Assembly (NCBI GenBank): GCA_963827475.1
Contig: CAWHAZ010000004.1
Coordinates: 128,001-192,000, forward strand
DNA: 64,000 nucleotides
Direction of reading: 5' to 3'
From: an uncultured Chloroflexia bacterium
Lineage (GTDB): Bacteria; Chloroflexota; Limnocylindria; QHBO01
Positions 51,761 through 61,438 of this stretch are shown piece by piece. Both the position numbers and the translations under genes were made by a program. The notes below the pieces were generated by a model that was not told the origin of the DNA, ran no database searches, and was given only the letters and a program-made list of their open reading frames with translations. Position 1 is the first letter of the stretch; each line of letters begins with the position of its first letter.

Positions 51761-51855
51761 GGGATCGTGCTCCGGAGAGGCCGGTCGGCCAGGTCGAAGC
51801 GCACCTATACTGTCCTGCGACACGGCAAGCTCGCAGCAACCCCTGGGAACCGCCA

Positions 51856-52365
51856 ATCAACCTCCTCAGCGCCATTCTTGCCCTCGCCACTGGCGTCATT
51901 CATGCCAGCCTCGCCCCGCTGCTGGCCATGGGTGATGTGAGACCCAATCTCATTCTGGCGGCTGTCGTTGCCGTGACCGCGCTCTTCGGGCTCGGGGCTG
52001 GAGCGACCTGGGCCTTCATCGGCGGCTTGACCGCCAATCTGCTCACCACCGACCCGCTGGGAGCCATCCCGCTCGGGCTGCTCCTCGTCGTCGGCCTGGT
52101 TGCGCTCCTGGCAGGTCCGCTCGGGCGTCGACGCACCGTGCTGGCCCTGGTTGGGGGTCTGGCCGGCAGCGCGCTGCTGGACCTCGCGGACGTGGCGTTC
52201 CTGCTCCTTGAGGGAGGCTCTGCCCCGGGCCTGGGCATCGGCGGCGTGATCCTGCTCGTCCTGCCGACGGCAATCGCGAATGGGATCCTCGCCGCGGCCC
52301 TCTTCCTCGCCGCGCGCGCCGGCGCCAGTCGGGTCGGCTCCGAATTGCCGGCGAGCTGGGGATGA
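51856..52365 (+). CDS. mreD: Rod shape-determining protein MreD
   Basis: GDVRPNLILAAVV...WAFIGGL...PLG hydrophobic pattern upstream of mrdA; start uncertain (ATC at 51856 fits). Confidence 0.75.
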   Translation: MNLLSAILALATGVIHASLAPLLAMGDVRPNLILAAVVAVTALFGLGAGATWAFIGGLTANLLTTDPLGAIPLGLLLVVGLVALLAGPLGRRRTVLALVGGLAGSALLDLADVAFLLLEGGSAPGLGIGGVILLVLPTAIANGILAAALFLAARAGASRVGSELPASWG

Positions 52366-54275
52366 GCACCGCATTCGAGCAGCCGGACCTGCCGCGTCGC
52401 GGCGCCCGCTTCATCGCCTTCGGCGTGATCGCGGTGATCCTGTTCTCGATCATTGCCGGACGGCTTTTCCAGCTGCAGGTGATCGAAGGCGCGGTCCGCG
52501 CCGAGCAGGCGGAAGCGGCGCATTCGGTGACCATGGCGGTTCCTTCGCAGCGCGGCCTGGTCTTCGACCGGGAGGGCCGGCCGCTGATCGTCAACGTCCC
52601 GACGTGGACGGTGGGGGTGCGGCCGGCGGACCTGCCGGCGCACCGTCGGCAGGCGGTCCTCGATCGAGTGGCGGCCCTGACCGGGCAGACGGCGACGGAC
52701 CTCGAGACCAAGCTGGGCGCCTTCAACGGCTCACCCTTTGATCTCGTGCCGCTCGTCGACGGCATCGACCGGCAGGTGGCGCTGGTCCTGTCCGAGGAGG
52801 CGGCCGCGCTGCCGGGGATCGAGCTGCAGGTCGTCCCGCAGCGGCAGTACCTCAACGAGCGGGGAGAGGCCGATGGGACGCTGCTGTCCCACATCGTCGG
52901 CTACACCGGTCCGATCAACGGCACCGAGTTCGAGGAGCTGGCCGGCGAGGGGTATCTGCACGACGACCCGATCGGGCGGACGGGGATCGAGGCCGCGTTC
53001 GAGGCCGAGCTGCGCGGGGAGTACGGGTCTGCCCTGTGGGAGCGCGACGCCACGGGGCGGCGGGTGAAGCTCCTCGACCAGACTGAGTCCCCGGTCGCGG
53101 GGCGCAACCTGGTCCTGACCATCGATGCGCGGCTCCAGCGCCTGGCCACCGAGTCGCTGCTGTGGGGCATGCGGGAGGCAAACGTCAGCCAGGGGGTCAC
53201 GATCGTGATGAATCCCCAGACCGGCGAGATCCTGGCCATGGTCTCGCTGCCGTCGTACGACAACAACGCGTTCGCCTCGGGGATCCCCGACGAGCTCTAC
53301 CAGTCCTACCTGGCGGATCCGAACCTGCCGCTGCGGAACCACGCCATTGCCGATATCTACCCGCCGGGGTCGACCTTCAAGCTGGTGACCGGATTGGCTG
53401 CGCTCCAGGAGGGCGTGACCACCCCGACGCGGCGATGGCAGACCTACGGCTGCTACCAGATCCCCGGCGCGCCGGCCGGCGACTGCCTGTCCGACTGGAA
53501 CCGGCGCGGGTTCGGTCCGTTGAACATGGACGAAGCGTTCGCGCGCAGCTCCGACACGTTCTTCTACCAGATGGCGGTCCACCTCGGCGTCGACCGCCTC
53601 GCGAAGTGGGCGTACGAGCTCGGCTTCGGGGAGCCGACCGGGATCGAGCTGCCGAGCGAGGCGGCGGGGATCATCGCCTCGACCGAGTGGGCCCACAGCC
53701 AGGGCCGCGCAGGGGTGTTCACCGGGGAGCTGGCCCAGGCCGGCATCGGTCAGAACGTGATCGCGGTCACCCCGCTCCAGCTCCTCAACGCGTACGCCGC
53801 GCTGGCGAACGGCGGCCACCTGATGCGTCCGCAGATCGTCCTCGGCGAGGCGGACGCGGAGGGAAACCTCATCGAGCGCTACGAGCCCGAGGTCCTCCAC
53901 GAGGTGGCCGCGGATCCGGCCAACCTGCAGCTGATGAGCATCGGCGCGCGCCACGTGATCACCACCGGCCACGCCTACAACATCGGCGCGCTGCGCGTCC
54001 CCGGGACGCTGTCGGGGAAGACGGGGACCGCGGAGTTCGGGCTCCCCAACGCCGAGGGCCACCTGCCCTTCCACTCGTGGTTCGTGGCCTACCTGCCGTC
54101 CGCGCCGGGCGCGACCGACGCCGAGCTGGCGGTCATGACCTTCACCTACCGGGCCGTGGTCCGCGGCAATGTCTCGACCGAGGTCGTGAAGTACTTCCTC
54201 CAGCAGTATTTCCAGCTCGACCAGGACCTCCGCCTCGACCCGGTCACCCTCCGGCTGCTGAGCGGCGGGAACTGA
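52362..54275 (+). CDS. mrdA: Penicillin-binding protein 2 (class B transpeptidase)
   Basis: RGLVFDREG, GYTG, PPGSTFK (SxxK), SSDTFFY, GKTGTAE. Confidence 0.93.
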   Translation: MSTAFEQPDLPRRGARFIAFGVIAVILFSIIAGRLFQLQVIEGAVRAEQAEAAHSVTMAVPSQRGLVFDREGRPLIVNVPTWTVGVRPADLPAHRRQAVLDRVAALTGQTATDLETKLGAFNGSPFDLVPLVDGIDRQVALVLSEEAAALPGIELQVVPQRQYLNERGEADGTLLSHIVGYTGPINGTEFEELAGEGYLHDDPIGRTGIEAAFEAELRGEYGSALWERDATGRRVKLLDQTESPVAGRNLVLTIDARLQRLATESLLWGMREANVSQGVTIVMNPQTGEILAMVSLPSYDNNAFASGIPDELYQSYLADPNLPLRNHAIADIYPPGSTFKLVTGLAALQEGVTTPTRRWQTYGCYQIPGAPAGDCLSDWNRRGFGPLNMDEAFARSSDTFFYQMAVHLGVDRLAKWAYELGFGEPTGIELPSEAAGIIASTEWAHSQGRAGVFTGELAQAGIGQNVIAVTPLQLLNAYAALANGGHLMRPQIVLGEADAEGNLIERYEPEVLHEVAADPANLQLMSIGARHVITTGHAYNIGALRVPGTLSGKTGTAEFGLPNAEGHLPFHSWFVAYLPSAPGATDAELAVMTFTYRAVVRGNVSTEVVKYFLQQYFQLDQDLRLDPVTLRLLSGGN

Positions 54276-54278
54276 CCG

Positions 54279-55412
54279 ATGGGCGTCGCGGTCTCCACCA
54301 TCGAGGTCAACGCCACACGGCGCTGGCGCGACTTCGACTGGCAGCTGACCCTGTACCTGGTCCTGCTCCTTGGCTTCGGCATCGTCCTGGGCACGTCCGC
54401 GTCGTGGAACGAGGCCGCGCTTCCCGGCGCGGTGCCACAGCCGGTCAAGACGGTCATCTGGACCGTCCTCGGCTTCAGCCTGATGGTCGTGGCGGCATCG
54501 GTCGACTACCACTGGCTGCGGACCTTCGCCGTCCCGATCTACGTGTTCACCCTCGGCCTGCTCGTCGTCAACCTGCTCATCGGCTCGTCGGCCTCCGGGG
54601 CTCAGCTGTCGGTGACCATCGGCGGCCTGGACTTCCAGTTCTCGGAGATCTCGAAGGTCCTGATGGTCGTAGTGCTTGCCGCGTTCCTGGCGGGGCGAGG
54701 CCAACGGATCGGCCGGCTGTCGACGATCCTCGGTGCCGGTCTGTTGACGGCGCTGCCGACGGCGCTCGTCCTGCGCCAGCCGGACCTGGGGACCGCGCTG
54801 GTGTTCATCGCCATCCTGGGCGGGATGCTGTTCATCAGCGGGGCAAGCATCGGCTGGATGGCGCTGCTGCTCGGTGTGGCGGTGGCCCTCACCCCGGTGG
54901 CCCTCGGTCGCCTGGCGGACTACCAGGTCGCCCGGCTGCTGTGCTTCCTCGATCCCGCTGCCGACCCGCAGGGCGCCTGCTACCAGCTCATCCAGTCCCT
55001 GAACGCGGTCGGCTCCGGTGGCTGGCTGGGCCAGGGCCTCACCGCCGGCCAGGCCAACCAGCTCGGCTTCCTGCCCGTCCAGACCACGGACTTCATCTTC
55101 ACCATCGTGGCCGAGGAGCTCGGCCTGGCGGGCGGGCTCATCCTGCTCGCCCTGTTCGGGTTGCTGCTGTGGCGGATCGCGCTCATCGGCTGGCAGGCCC
55201 GCGACGGCCTCGGCCGGCTGGTGGCGATGGGGCTGGCGACCATGCTCCTGTTCCAGGTCATCGTGAACATCGGGATGGTCATCGGTCTGCTGCCGGTGAC
55301 CGGCATCCCGCTGCCGCTCATCACCTACGGCGGGTCGTCGACGGTCTCGATCCTGTTCGGGATGGGCATCGTCCAGTCCGTGCGGATGCACACCCGGACC
55401 GAGCGCTTCTAG
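54279..55412 (+). CDS. rodA: SEDS peptidoglycan polymerase RodA
   Basis: QFSEISK, QPDLGT, QSLNAVGSGG, TDFIF..EELG, PVTGIPLPLITYGGSS. Confidence 0.93.
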   Translation: MGVAVSTIEVNATRRWRDFDWQLTLYLVLLLGFGIVLGTSASWNEAALPGAVPQPVKTVIWTVLGFSLMVVAASVDYHWLRTFAVPIYVFTLGLLVVNLLIGSSASGAQLSVTIGGLDFQFSEISKVLMVVVLAAFLAGRGQRIGRLSTILGAGLLTALPTALVLRQPDLGTALVFIAILGGMLFISGASIGWMALLLGVAVALTPVALGRLADYQVARLLCFLDPAADPQGACYQLIQSLNAVGSGGWLGQGLTAGQANQLGFLPVQTTDFIFTIVAEELGLAGGLILLALFGLLLWRIALIGWQARDGLGRLVAMGLATMLLFQVIVNIGMVIGLLPVTGIPLPLITYGGSSTVSILFGMGIVQSVRMHTRTERF

Positions 55413-55433
55413 CGCGCCTCCCGGCGCGCGAGG

Positions 55434-56612
55434 TCAGGCGGGAGCTGCCTCGGTGGGCGCCTCGCTCGGCGGCTTGGGCGGCGGCTCCGGCGGCTCGGGT
55501 GGCTGGGTTGGCGGGCCGGTCCGCGCGAAGGCCTTCGCGTCGTCGGGGGTGCCACCTTCCAGCCGGCGGAAGCCATAGCGATACAGGTCGCGCCCGAGGG
55601 CGACGACCGGGGCGGCCAGGATCGCTCCCCACAGCCCGAACAGCGATCCACCGATGATCAGGGCCAGGATGACGACGGCCGGATGGAGGTCGACCGCGTC
55701 GCCCATCACCTTCGGCACGAGCAGGTGGTTCTCGACCTGCTGGATGATCGTGTACAGGGCGATGGCGGCCAGCGCCGCGGCCGGGGAGATCGAGGCGCCG
55801 ATGAGCACAGCCGGGATGGCGGCGATGATCGGACCGATGATCGGGACCAGCTCGAGGATGCCGGCCACCAGCGCGAGGAGCACCGCGAAGTCCGCAAACT
55901 CCCGGAAGCCGATGGCGGCGAGAACCAGCAGGCCGATCAGGGTCGCGGCGAAGATGACGGCGCCGAGGAGCAGCTGACCCCGGATCCAGCGGCCGATGAC
56001 GCTCACCGTCAGGCTCATCCCGTTGGCGGTGTCGGGCCGCCAGCTGGCCGGCAGCATGCGGAGGATGCCGTCCGGCAGCCGCTCGCGGTCCTTGAGCACG
56101 TACAGCAGCCAGACCGGGATGAGCACCAGGCCGACGAGGAAGCCCGCGGCGCGGGCGATGACGCTGAGCACCGGCCCGACGATCGTCTCGAGCAGGCCGA
56201 TGACCGCCTCCTGCCCGCTCGCGATGATCGTGTCCAGCGCCTCCCGGATGGGTTCTGGGAGCGGGAGGTCGGTGATCCACCGCACGATCGCCTCTTCCCA
56301 GTCCACGAACTGCGCGGCGAGAACGGGGAGCTGTTCGAGGAACCGCTGGATCTGCTCGAAGAGCGGCGGCAGCAGCAGCCAGCCCAGGGCAACGACGGTC
56401 ACGACCACGACCACGTAGAGGATCAGGATGCCGGCGACGCGTGGTACGCCCCGTCGTTGGAGGGCGGTGACCGGCGGGTCGAGGAGGAAGGCGAGGGCGA
56501 TGGCGATCCCGAACACCGGCAGCGCGCCGCGGGCGAGCCACAGGGCGAGCACGATGACCACGATCGCGACCGTGACCCACAGGCCCAGCCGATGTCGGGC
56601 AAGGAACCCCAT
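55434..56612 (-). CDS. AI-2E family transporter
   Basis: AFLLDP, WIRGQL, LVPIIGP, QQVENHLLVPKVMGDAVDLHP. Confidence 0.92.
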   Translation of the reverse strand: MGFLARHRLGLWVTVAIVVIVLALWLARGALPVFGIAIALAFLLDPPVTALQRRGVPRVAGILILYVVVVVTVVALGWLLLPPLFEQIQRFLEQLPVLAAQFVDWEEAIVRWITDLPLPEPIREALDTIIASGQEAVIGLLETIVGPVLSVIARAAGFLVGLVLIPVWLLYVLKDRERLPDGILRMLPASWRPDTANGMSLTVSVIGRWIRGQLLLGAVIFAATLIGLLVLAAIGFREFADFAVLLALVAGILELVPIIGPIIAAIPAVLIGASISPAAALAAIALYTIIQQVENHLLVPKVMGDAVDLHPAVVILALIIGGSLFGLWGAILAAPVVALGRDLYRYGFRRLEGGTPDDAKAFARTGPPTQPPEPPEPPPKPPSEAPTEAAPA

Positions 56613-56648
56613 GGCGCGATCGTAACGGAGCGGTACCATCGCCGGACG

Positions 56649-57359
56649 ATGAGCGCCGACGACGACGCCCCGCGCCAGCGGTGGCAGATCCTGTACTCGC
56701 GCGCTCACCCTGCCCTGCGGATGCGGCAGCAGGACATCGCCAACGAGTTCCAGCGGGTGCTGACCGAGGCGGAGCTGCCCCTCTCCCAGACCGCCGCGCG
56801 CCGTCCGCGGCCGCGGATCCGGCTGGCCGCGGTCACCCCCGCCAACCTCGAGCTGCGCGGGGACGTCATCGAGGTCTGGTTCGACGAGCTGGTGGAGCGG
56901 GATCGACTGCTGGTCGCCGGCGAGGCGTTGGCGGAGGGGCTGGCCATCGTCGACGCGCGCGAGGTGTGGCACGGGTTCCCGTCCGCCTCATCGCAGGTCC
57001 GGGGCGGCGAGTACGAGGTCGAGGCTCGGGTGCCGGACGGAACCGGCGTGGACGACCTGAAGGCCGCGGTCGTCCAGCTCCTCGCGGCGCCGTCACTCCC
57101 CGGCATGCGGCGACGGGGCGAGAGCGAGCGCCGCTCGGATGCCACCGAGCGCGACCTGCGCCCCTACGTGGAAGACCTCGAGGTGCTGAGCTTCGACAAG
57201 GCATCGCGCACGGCGCACCTGCGCATGCAGCTTCGCCTGGACCCCAGCGGCGCCGGCCGGCCGCGGGACGTCATCGACGCCCTCGAGCTTGGTCTGGAGA
57301 TGACACGCGCCATCCGCGACCGCCTCCTCTTCGTTGACACCCCCCCGGTCGCCCGATAG
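56649..57359 (+). CDS. DUF2344 / TIGR03936 radical-SAM-associated protein, divergent
   Basis: QRWQILYSR, FQRVL..AELPL, PRPRIRLA, DLRPYV, GRPRDVI; position between rodA and rplU. Confidence 0.65.
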   Translation: MSADDDAPRQRWQILYSRAHPALRMRQQDIANEFQRVLTEAELPLSQTAARRPRPRIRLAAVTPANLELRGDVIEVWFDELVERDRLLVAGEALAEGLAIVDAREVWHGFPSASSQVRGGEYEVEARVPDGTGVDDLKAAVVQLLAAPSLPGMRRRGESERRSDATERDLRPYVEDLEVLSFDKASRTAHLRMQLRLDPSGAGRPRDVIDALELGLEMTRAIRDRLLFVDTPPVAR

Positions 57360-57362
57360 ACT
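57334..57362 (+). promoter_or_regulatory. Promoter of the rplU operon
   Basis: TTGACA (57334-57339), 17 nt, TAGACT (57357-57362). Confidence 0.8.
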
Positions 57363-57422
57363 CCGGGGTCCGCGTGGGATGCCTTCTGGCGTCCCGCCGT
57401 GCGCGCAGGACGGAGACACGCC

Positions 57423-57947
57423 ATGTACGCCGTGGTCGACAACGGCGGAAAACAATATCGGGTCGAGGCCGGCACGACGCTGGTCATCGATCGCCTGGAT
57501 GCCGAGGCCGGCGCCTCGGTGACGTTCGACCGTGTCCTGCTCATCGGTGACGAGGACGGCGTGACGGTTGGCACCCCGACCGTGGCCGGCGCCTCGGTCC
57601 ACGGCACGGTGGTCGCGCATGGCCGCGGTCCCAAGATCATCGTCTTCCGCTTCCGGCCCAAGGCCCACTACCGCCGTCGCACCGGGCACCGCTCGGAGCT
57701 CACCGAGGTCCGGATCGACGAGATCGCGACCGCCGGTGGGCGATCGAAGACCGCAACCGCCGAGAAGGCGCCGGCCGCCGAGAAGAAGGCCGCGCCCCGC
57801 CGAAAGCCCGCCGCCAAGGCGGAGGGCTCGACGGCCGATGCGCCGAAGGCGCCAACCAAGACGGCTGCCAAAGCCCCAGCCAAGCCTGCCACCAAGCCCC
57901 GCAGCGCACCGGCGAAGAAGGCGGCAGCCGCCGCCACGGAGGACTGA
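57423..57947 (+). CDS. rplU: 50S ribosomal protein L21 with Ala/Lys/Pro-rich C-terminal extension
   Basis: MYAVVDNGGKQYRV...GHR; GGAG RBS. Confidence 0.96.
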   Translation: MYAVVDNGGKQYRVEAGTTLVIDRLDAEAGASVTFDRVLLIGDEDGVTVGTPTVAGASVHGTVVAHGRGPKIIVFRFRPKAHYRRRTGHRSELTEVRIDEIATAGGRSKTATAEKAPAAEKKAAPRRKPAAKAEGSTADAPKAPTKTAAKAPAKPATKPRSAPAKKAAAAATED

Positions 57948-57950
57948 CCG

Positions 57951-58211
57951 ATGGCCCACAAGAAAGCCGGCTCGTCCTCGAAGAACGGTCGCGACAGCGC
58001 GGGCAAGCGCCTCGGCGTGAAGCGTGGCGACGGTCAGCTGGTGATGGCCGGCACGATCATCGTCCGCCAGCGGGGGAGCACCTTCCATCCCGGCCCGAAC
58101 GTCGGGATGGGCCGCGACTACACCCTGTTCGCCACGACCGAGGGTCGTGTCCGTTTCACACACGAGACGCGGGACAAGAAGCGCGTCAGCGTGATCGCCG
58201 ACGAAGCCTGA
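57951..58211 (+). CDS. rpmA: 50S ribosomal protein L27
   Basis: [24 protein letters not shown]. Confidence 0.98.
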   Translation: MAHKKAGSSSKNGRDSAGKRLGVKRGDGQLVMAGTIIVRQRGSTFHPGPNVGMGRDYTLFATTEGRVRFTHETRDKKRVSVIADEA

Positions 58212-58214
58212 CCG

Positions 58215-58421
58215 ATGAAGACCGAGATTCATCCGCAGTACCATCAGGCCGAGGTGCACTGCGCTTGCGGGACCACCTTCACCGTCGGGTCGACCGCCGA
58301 GTCGATCCGGGTCGAGGTTTGCTCGAATTGCCACCCGTTCTACACCGGCACCCAGAACATCGTCGACACCGCGGGCCAGGTGGAGCGGTTCCAGCGGCGG
58401 ATGGAGCGCGCCTCGCGCTGA
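58215..58421 (+). CDS. rpmE: 50S ribosomal protein L31 (zinc-binding type)
   Basis: [18 protein letters not shown]. Confidence 0.97.
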   Translation: MKTEIHPQYHQAEVHCACGTTFTVGSTAESIRVEVCSNCHPFYTGTQNIVDTAGQVERFQRRMERASR

Positions 58422-58552
58422 GCCGGTCTGACCGGCGGAGCCCGGGCCGCTTGGCTCGGCTCGTCCCGCACCTCGTGTTCCTCATTCCCGAGCAGCTGAT
58501 CGCGGCTGGCCCGTTCGTCATCCAGGCGGTCGCCGGCACGCGGCAGTACCGC

Positions 58553-59452
58553 ATGCCGGACTTCTTCTACGGCGGCCAGGCACTGATCGAGGGAGTCATG
58601 ATGCGCGGCCGGTCGACGGCCGCGATGAGCGTCCGGATGCCGGACGGCGAGATCCGAACCTCATCCGAGGCGCTGCCTCGCGCGCTGATGGGCGGTCGCT
58701 GGCTGAAGGTGCCGTTCGTTCGCGGCGTCCTGGTCCTCTACGAGACCCTCATCCTCGGGACCCGGATGCTGATGCGCTCCGCCGCCCTCGCCGCGGAGGG
58801 AGAGGACATCGAGATCGGGCGCGGGACGCTGGCCGTGACCATGATCCTGTCGCTTGGCTTCGCCATCGGTCTGTTCTTCGTCCTGCCGTTGCTGCTGTCG
58901 GAGGTCGCGGAGGAGGCGGCGGGCAGCGACCTGGTCGCCAACCTGGCGGAGGGCGGGATCCGGCTCGTGATCTTCGTCGTCTACCTCGCCCTGATCGGCA
59001 TGATGTCGGACGTCCGCCGGGTGTTCGCCTACCACGGCGCCGAGCACAAGGCGATCAGTGCCCACGAGGCCGACGCGCCGCTCGAGCCGGACTCGGTGGA
59101 CCGGTTCAGCACCGCCCACACCCGCTGCGGGACGACGTTCGTGCTGATCGTGGTCGTGATCAGCATCCTGTTCTTCTCGCTCATCCCGCGCGGCGACGTG
59201 CCCCTGCCGCTGCTCATGCTGTCGCGGATCGCGCTCATCCCGGTCGTGGCGTCGGTCGCGTACGAGCTGGTCCGGTTCGGGGCGCGGCACTACGGCAACC
59301 GCGCGGTGCGGGCGATCTACTCCCCTGGGCTCTGGCTTCAGTCGCTGACCACCCGCCCGCCGGACCACGAGATGCTCGAGGTCAGCATCACGGCCCTCGA
59401 GCGGGTGCTGGAGGAGGATCGCGCCCCGCAGGGGGAACGCGCCCCGGCATGA
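58553..59452 (+). CDS. DUF1385 membrane protein (putative metal-dependent enzyme)
   Basis: GGQALIEGVMMR, RVFAYHGAEHK, HTRCGT. Confidence 0.9.
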   Translation: MPDFFYGGQALIEGVMMRGRSTAAMSVRMPDGEIRTSSEALPRALMGGRWLKVPFVRGVLVLYETLILGTRMLMRSAALAAEGEDIEIGRGTLAVTMILSLGFAIGLFFVLPLLLSEVAEEAAGSDLVANLAEGGIRLVIFVVYLALIGMMSDVRRVFAYHGAEHKAISAHEADAPLEPDSVDRFSTAHTRCGTTFVLIVVVISILFFSLIPRGDVPLPLLMLSRIALIPVVASVAYELVRFGARHYGNRAVRAIYSPGLWLQSLTTRPPDHEMLEVSITALERVLEEDRAPQGERAPA

Positions 59453-60528
59453 GCGAACAGCTGGGCGAGCTGACGGCCCGCTACCAGGAGCTGACCGATC
59501 TCATGTCCCTGCCGGAGACCGCCACCGACCCGACCCTGCTCGCCCGCTATGGGCGGGAGCTCGCGCGCCTGGAGCCGGTCGTGGCCGCCTTGCGGGAGCG
59601 TGAGGCCGCCCAGGAGTCTCTGGGCGCCGCCCGTGCCCATCTCGACGACGCCGACCCGGAGGTGCGGGCCATGGCGCGCGAGGAGGTCGACGCCCTGGAG
59701 GCGCGAACCGCTGCCCTCGACGCGGAGCTGCGTCGGCTCCTCGTCCCCCGCGACCCGAACGACGAGCGGGACGTCATCCTCGAGGTCCGGGCCGGGACCG
59801 GCGGGGACGAGGCCTCGCTGTTCGCGGCCGACCTGTACCGCATGTACGGCCGCTACGCGGAGCGCTGTGGGTGGTCGGTGGAGCTGCTGTCCACCAGCGA
59901 GAGCGGGTCCGGCGGGTTCAAGGAGGTCATCGCCGAGGTCACCGGCAACGGGGCCTACTCCCGCCTGAAGTTCGAGAGTGGCGTGCACCGCGTGCAGCGG
60001 GTCCCGGTGACCGAGGCCAGCGGCCGGATCCACACCTCGACCGCCACGGTCGCCGTCCTGCCGGAGGCGGAGGAGGTGGAGGTCGAGATCGACGAGGGAG
60101 ACCTGCGGATCGAGACCTATCGGTCCAGCGGTCCCGGCGGCCAGTCGGTGAACACGACCGACTCCGCGGTGCGCATCACCCACCTGCCGACCGGCCTGGT
60201 GGTCGCGATCCAGGACGAGAAGAGCCAGCACAAGAACCGGGCCAAGGCGCTCTCCGTGCTGCGCGCCCGCCTGCTCGACGCCCAGCGCGCGCGGCAAGCG
60301 GAGGAGCGGGGCGACGTCCGCCGTTCCCAGGTCGGCACCGGGGAACGCTCCGAGAAGATCCGGACCTACAACTTCCCGGACGACCGGGTGACCGACCACC
60401 GCATCGGTCTGACCGTCCACAACCTGCCCGGCCTCCTGTCCGGTGACCTGGACCGGGTCATCGAGCCGCTGGCCGAGGCCGACCAGGCGGCCCGGTTGGC
60501 CGCCGCGGGCGCCGATGTCACCGGCTGA
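59449..60528 (+). CDS. prfA: Peptide chain release factor 1
   Basis: RVPVTE (PxT), GPGGQSVN, IRTYNFP. Confidence 0.97.
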   Translation: MSEQLGELTARYQELTDLMSLPETATDPTLLARYGRELARLEPVVAALREREAAQESLGAARAHLDDADPEVRAMAREEVDALEARTAALDAELRRLLVPRDPNDERDVILEVRAGTGGDEASLFAADLYRMYGRYAERCGWSVELLSTSESGSGGFKEVIAEVTGNGAYSRLKFESGVHRVQRVPVTEASGRIHTSTATVAVLPEAEEVEVEIDEGDLRIETYRSSGPGGQSVNTTDSAVRITHLPTGLVVAIQDEKSQHKNRAKALSVLRARLLDAQRARQAEERGDVRRSQVGTGERSEKIRTYNFPDDRVTDHRIGLTVHNLPGLLSGDLDRVIEPLAEADQAARLAAAGADVTG

Positions 60529-61438
60529 AGCTCTTCCGGTCGCGGGGCCCGGCCTCACCGCCGGCCAGGCACTGACCGATGCGATCGCGGAGCTCCGCGA
60601 TGCGGGATCGCCGTCCGCGCGGCTCGACGCCGAGGTGCTGGTGGCGTGGGCACTGGAGCGGGATCGCGCCTGGCTCCTCGCCCATCTCGATGCGCCGATG
60701 CCCGAGCGGTCCGCTGCCGCCCTGTCCGCATGGGTCGCGCGGCGCTCGCGGGGCGAGCCGGTCGCCTACATCCGGGGTTTCAAGGAGTGGTACGGGCTCC
60801 GGATCGCGACCGACGGCCGGGCGCTGATTCCCCGCCCGGAGACGGAGCAGCTGGTCGATGCGGCGGTGCAGGAGCTGGCGGATCGGCTCGTGCGGGACGA
60901 CCGCCCGATCGTGGCCTGGGAGGTCGGGACCGGCAGCGGGGCGGTGGCGGTGGCCCTCGCCCGACGGTTCCGGGCCGCGCTGGCCCTGGGTCGGCTGCGC
61001 ATGGTCGTGAGCGACGCGTCGCCCGATGCGATGGAGCTGGCCAGCGACAACCTCGCCGCGCACGGGGTGGGGCACCTCGTCACCGAGGTCGTCGCCGACC
61101 TGCTCGACGCGGTCGGGTCGCTCCCCGCGCCCGACGTCGTCGTGGCCAACCTGCCGTACCTGCGCAGCGACGAGGTCGCCGCGGGGGTCGGATCCCTGGC
61201 CTGGGAGCCGGCCTCCGCCCTGGACGGCGGGGCGGATGGCCTCGACGTCCTGCGCGCGCTGATCGCGCGCCTGCCGAAGCGCCTGTCGGCGGACGGCTGC
61301 GCCCTGCTCGAGGTCGGCGAGGGCCAGGTCGAGCCGATCCGCGACCTCGTCGATTCCCTTCCCGACCGGTGGACCGTGACGGCGTCACCCGACCTGGCCG
61401 GGGTGGAGCGGATCGTCCGGATCGAGCGCGCCCCGTGA
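60515..61438 (+). CDS. prmC: Release factor glutamine methyltransferase
   Basis: GEPVAYI, LIPRPETE, GTGSGAV, ANLPY, ALDGGADG. Confidence 0.93.
   Translation: MSPAEALPVAGPGLTAGQALTDAIAELRDAGSPSARLDAEVLVAWALERDRAWLLAHLDAPMPERSAAALSAWVARRSRGEPVAYIRGFKEWYGLRIATDGRALIPRPETEQLVDAAVQELADRLVRDDRPIVAWEVGTGSGAVAVALARRFRAALALGRLRMVVSDASPDAMELASDNLAAHGVGHLVTEVVADLLDAVGSLPAPDVVVANLPYLRSDEVAAGVGSLAWEPASALDGGADGLDVLRALIARLPKRLSADGCALLEVGEGQVEPIRDLVDSLPDRWTVTASPDLAGVERIVRIERAP

Noticed and set aside
51709-51855. N-terminal extension of MreD through parS
   Set aside because: Hydrophilic, unlike MreD, and spans the parS palindrome and promoter; the real start is probably downstream
61141-61160. PrmC NLPY instead of NPPY and Cys-less RpiB (GGSGTGE) as novel variants
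   Set aside because: Both are known natural variants of these families
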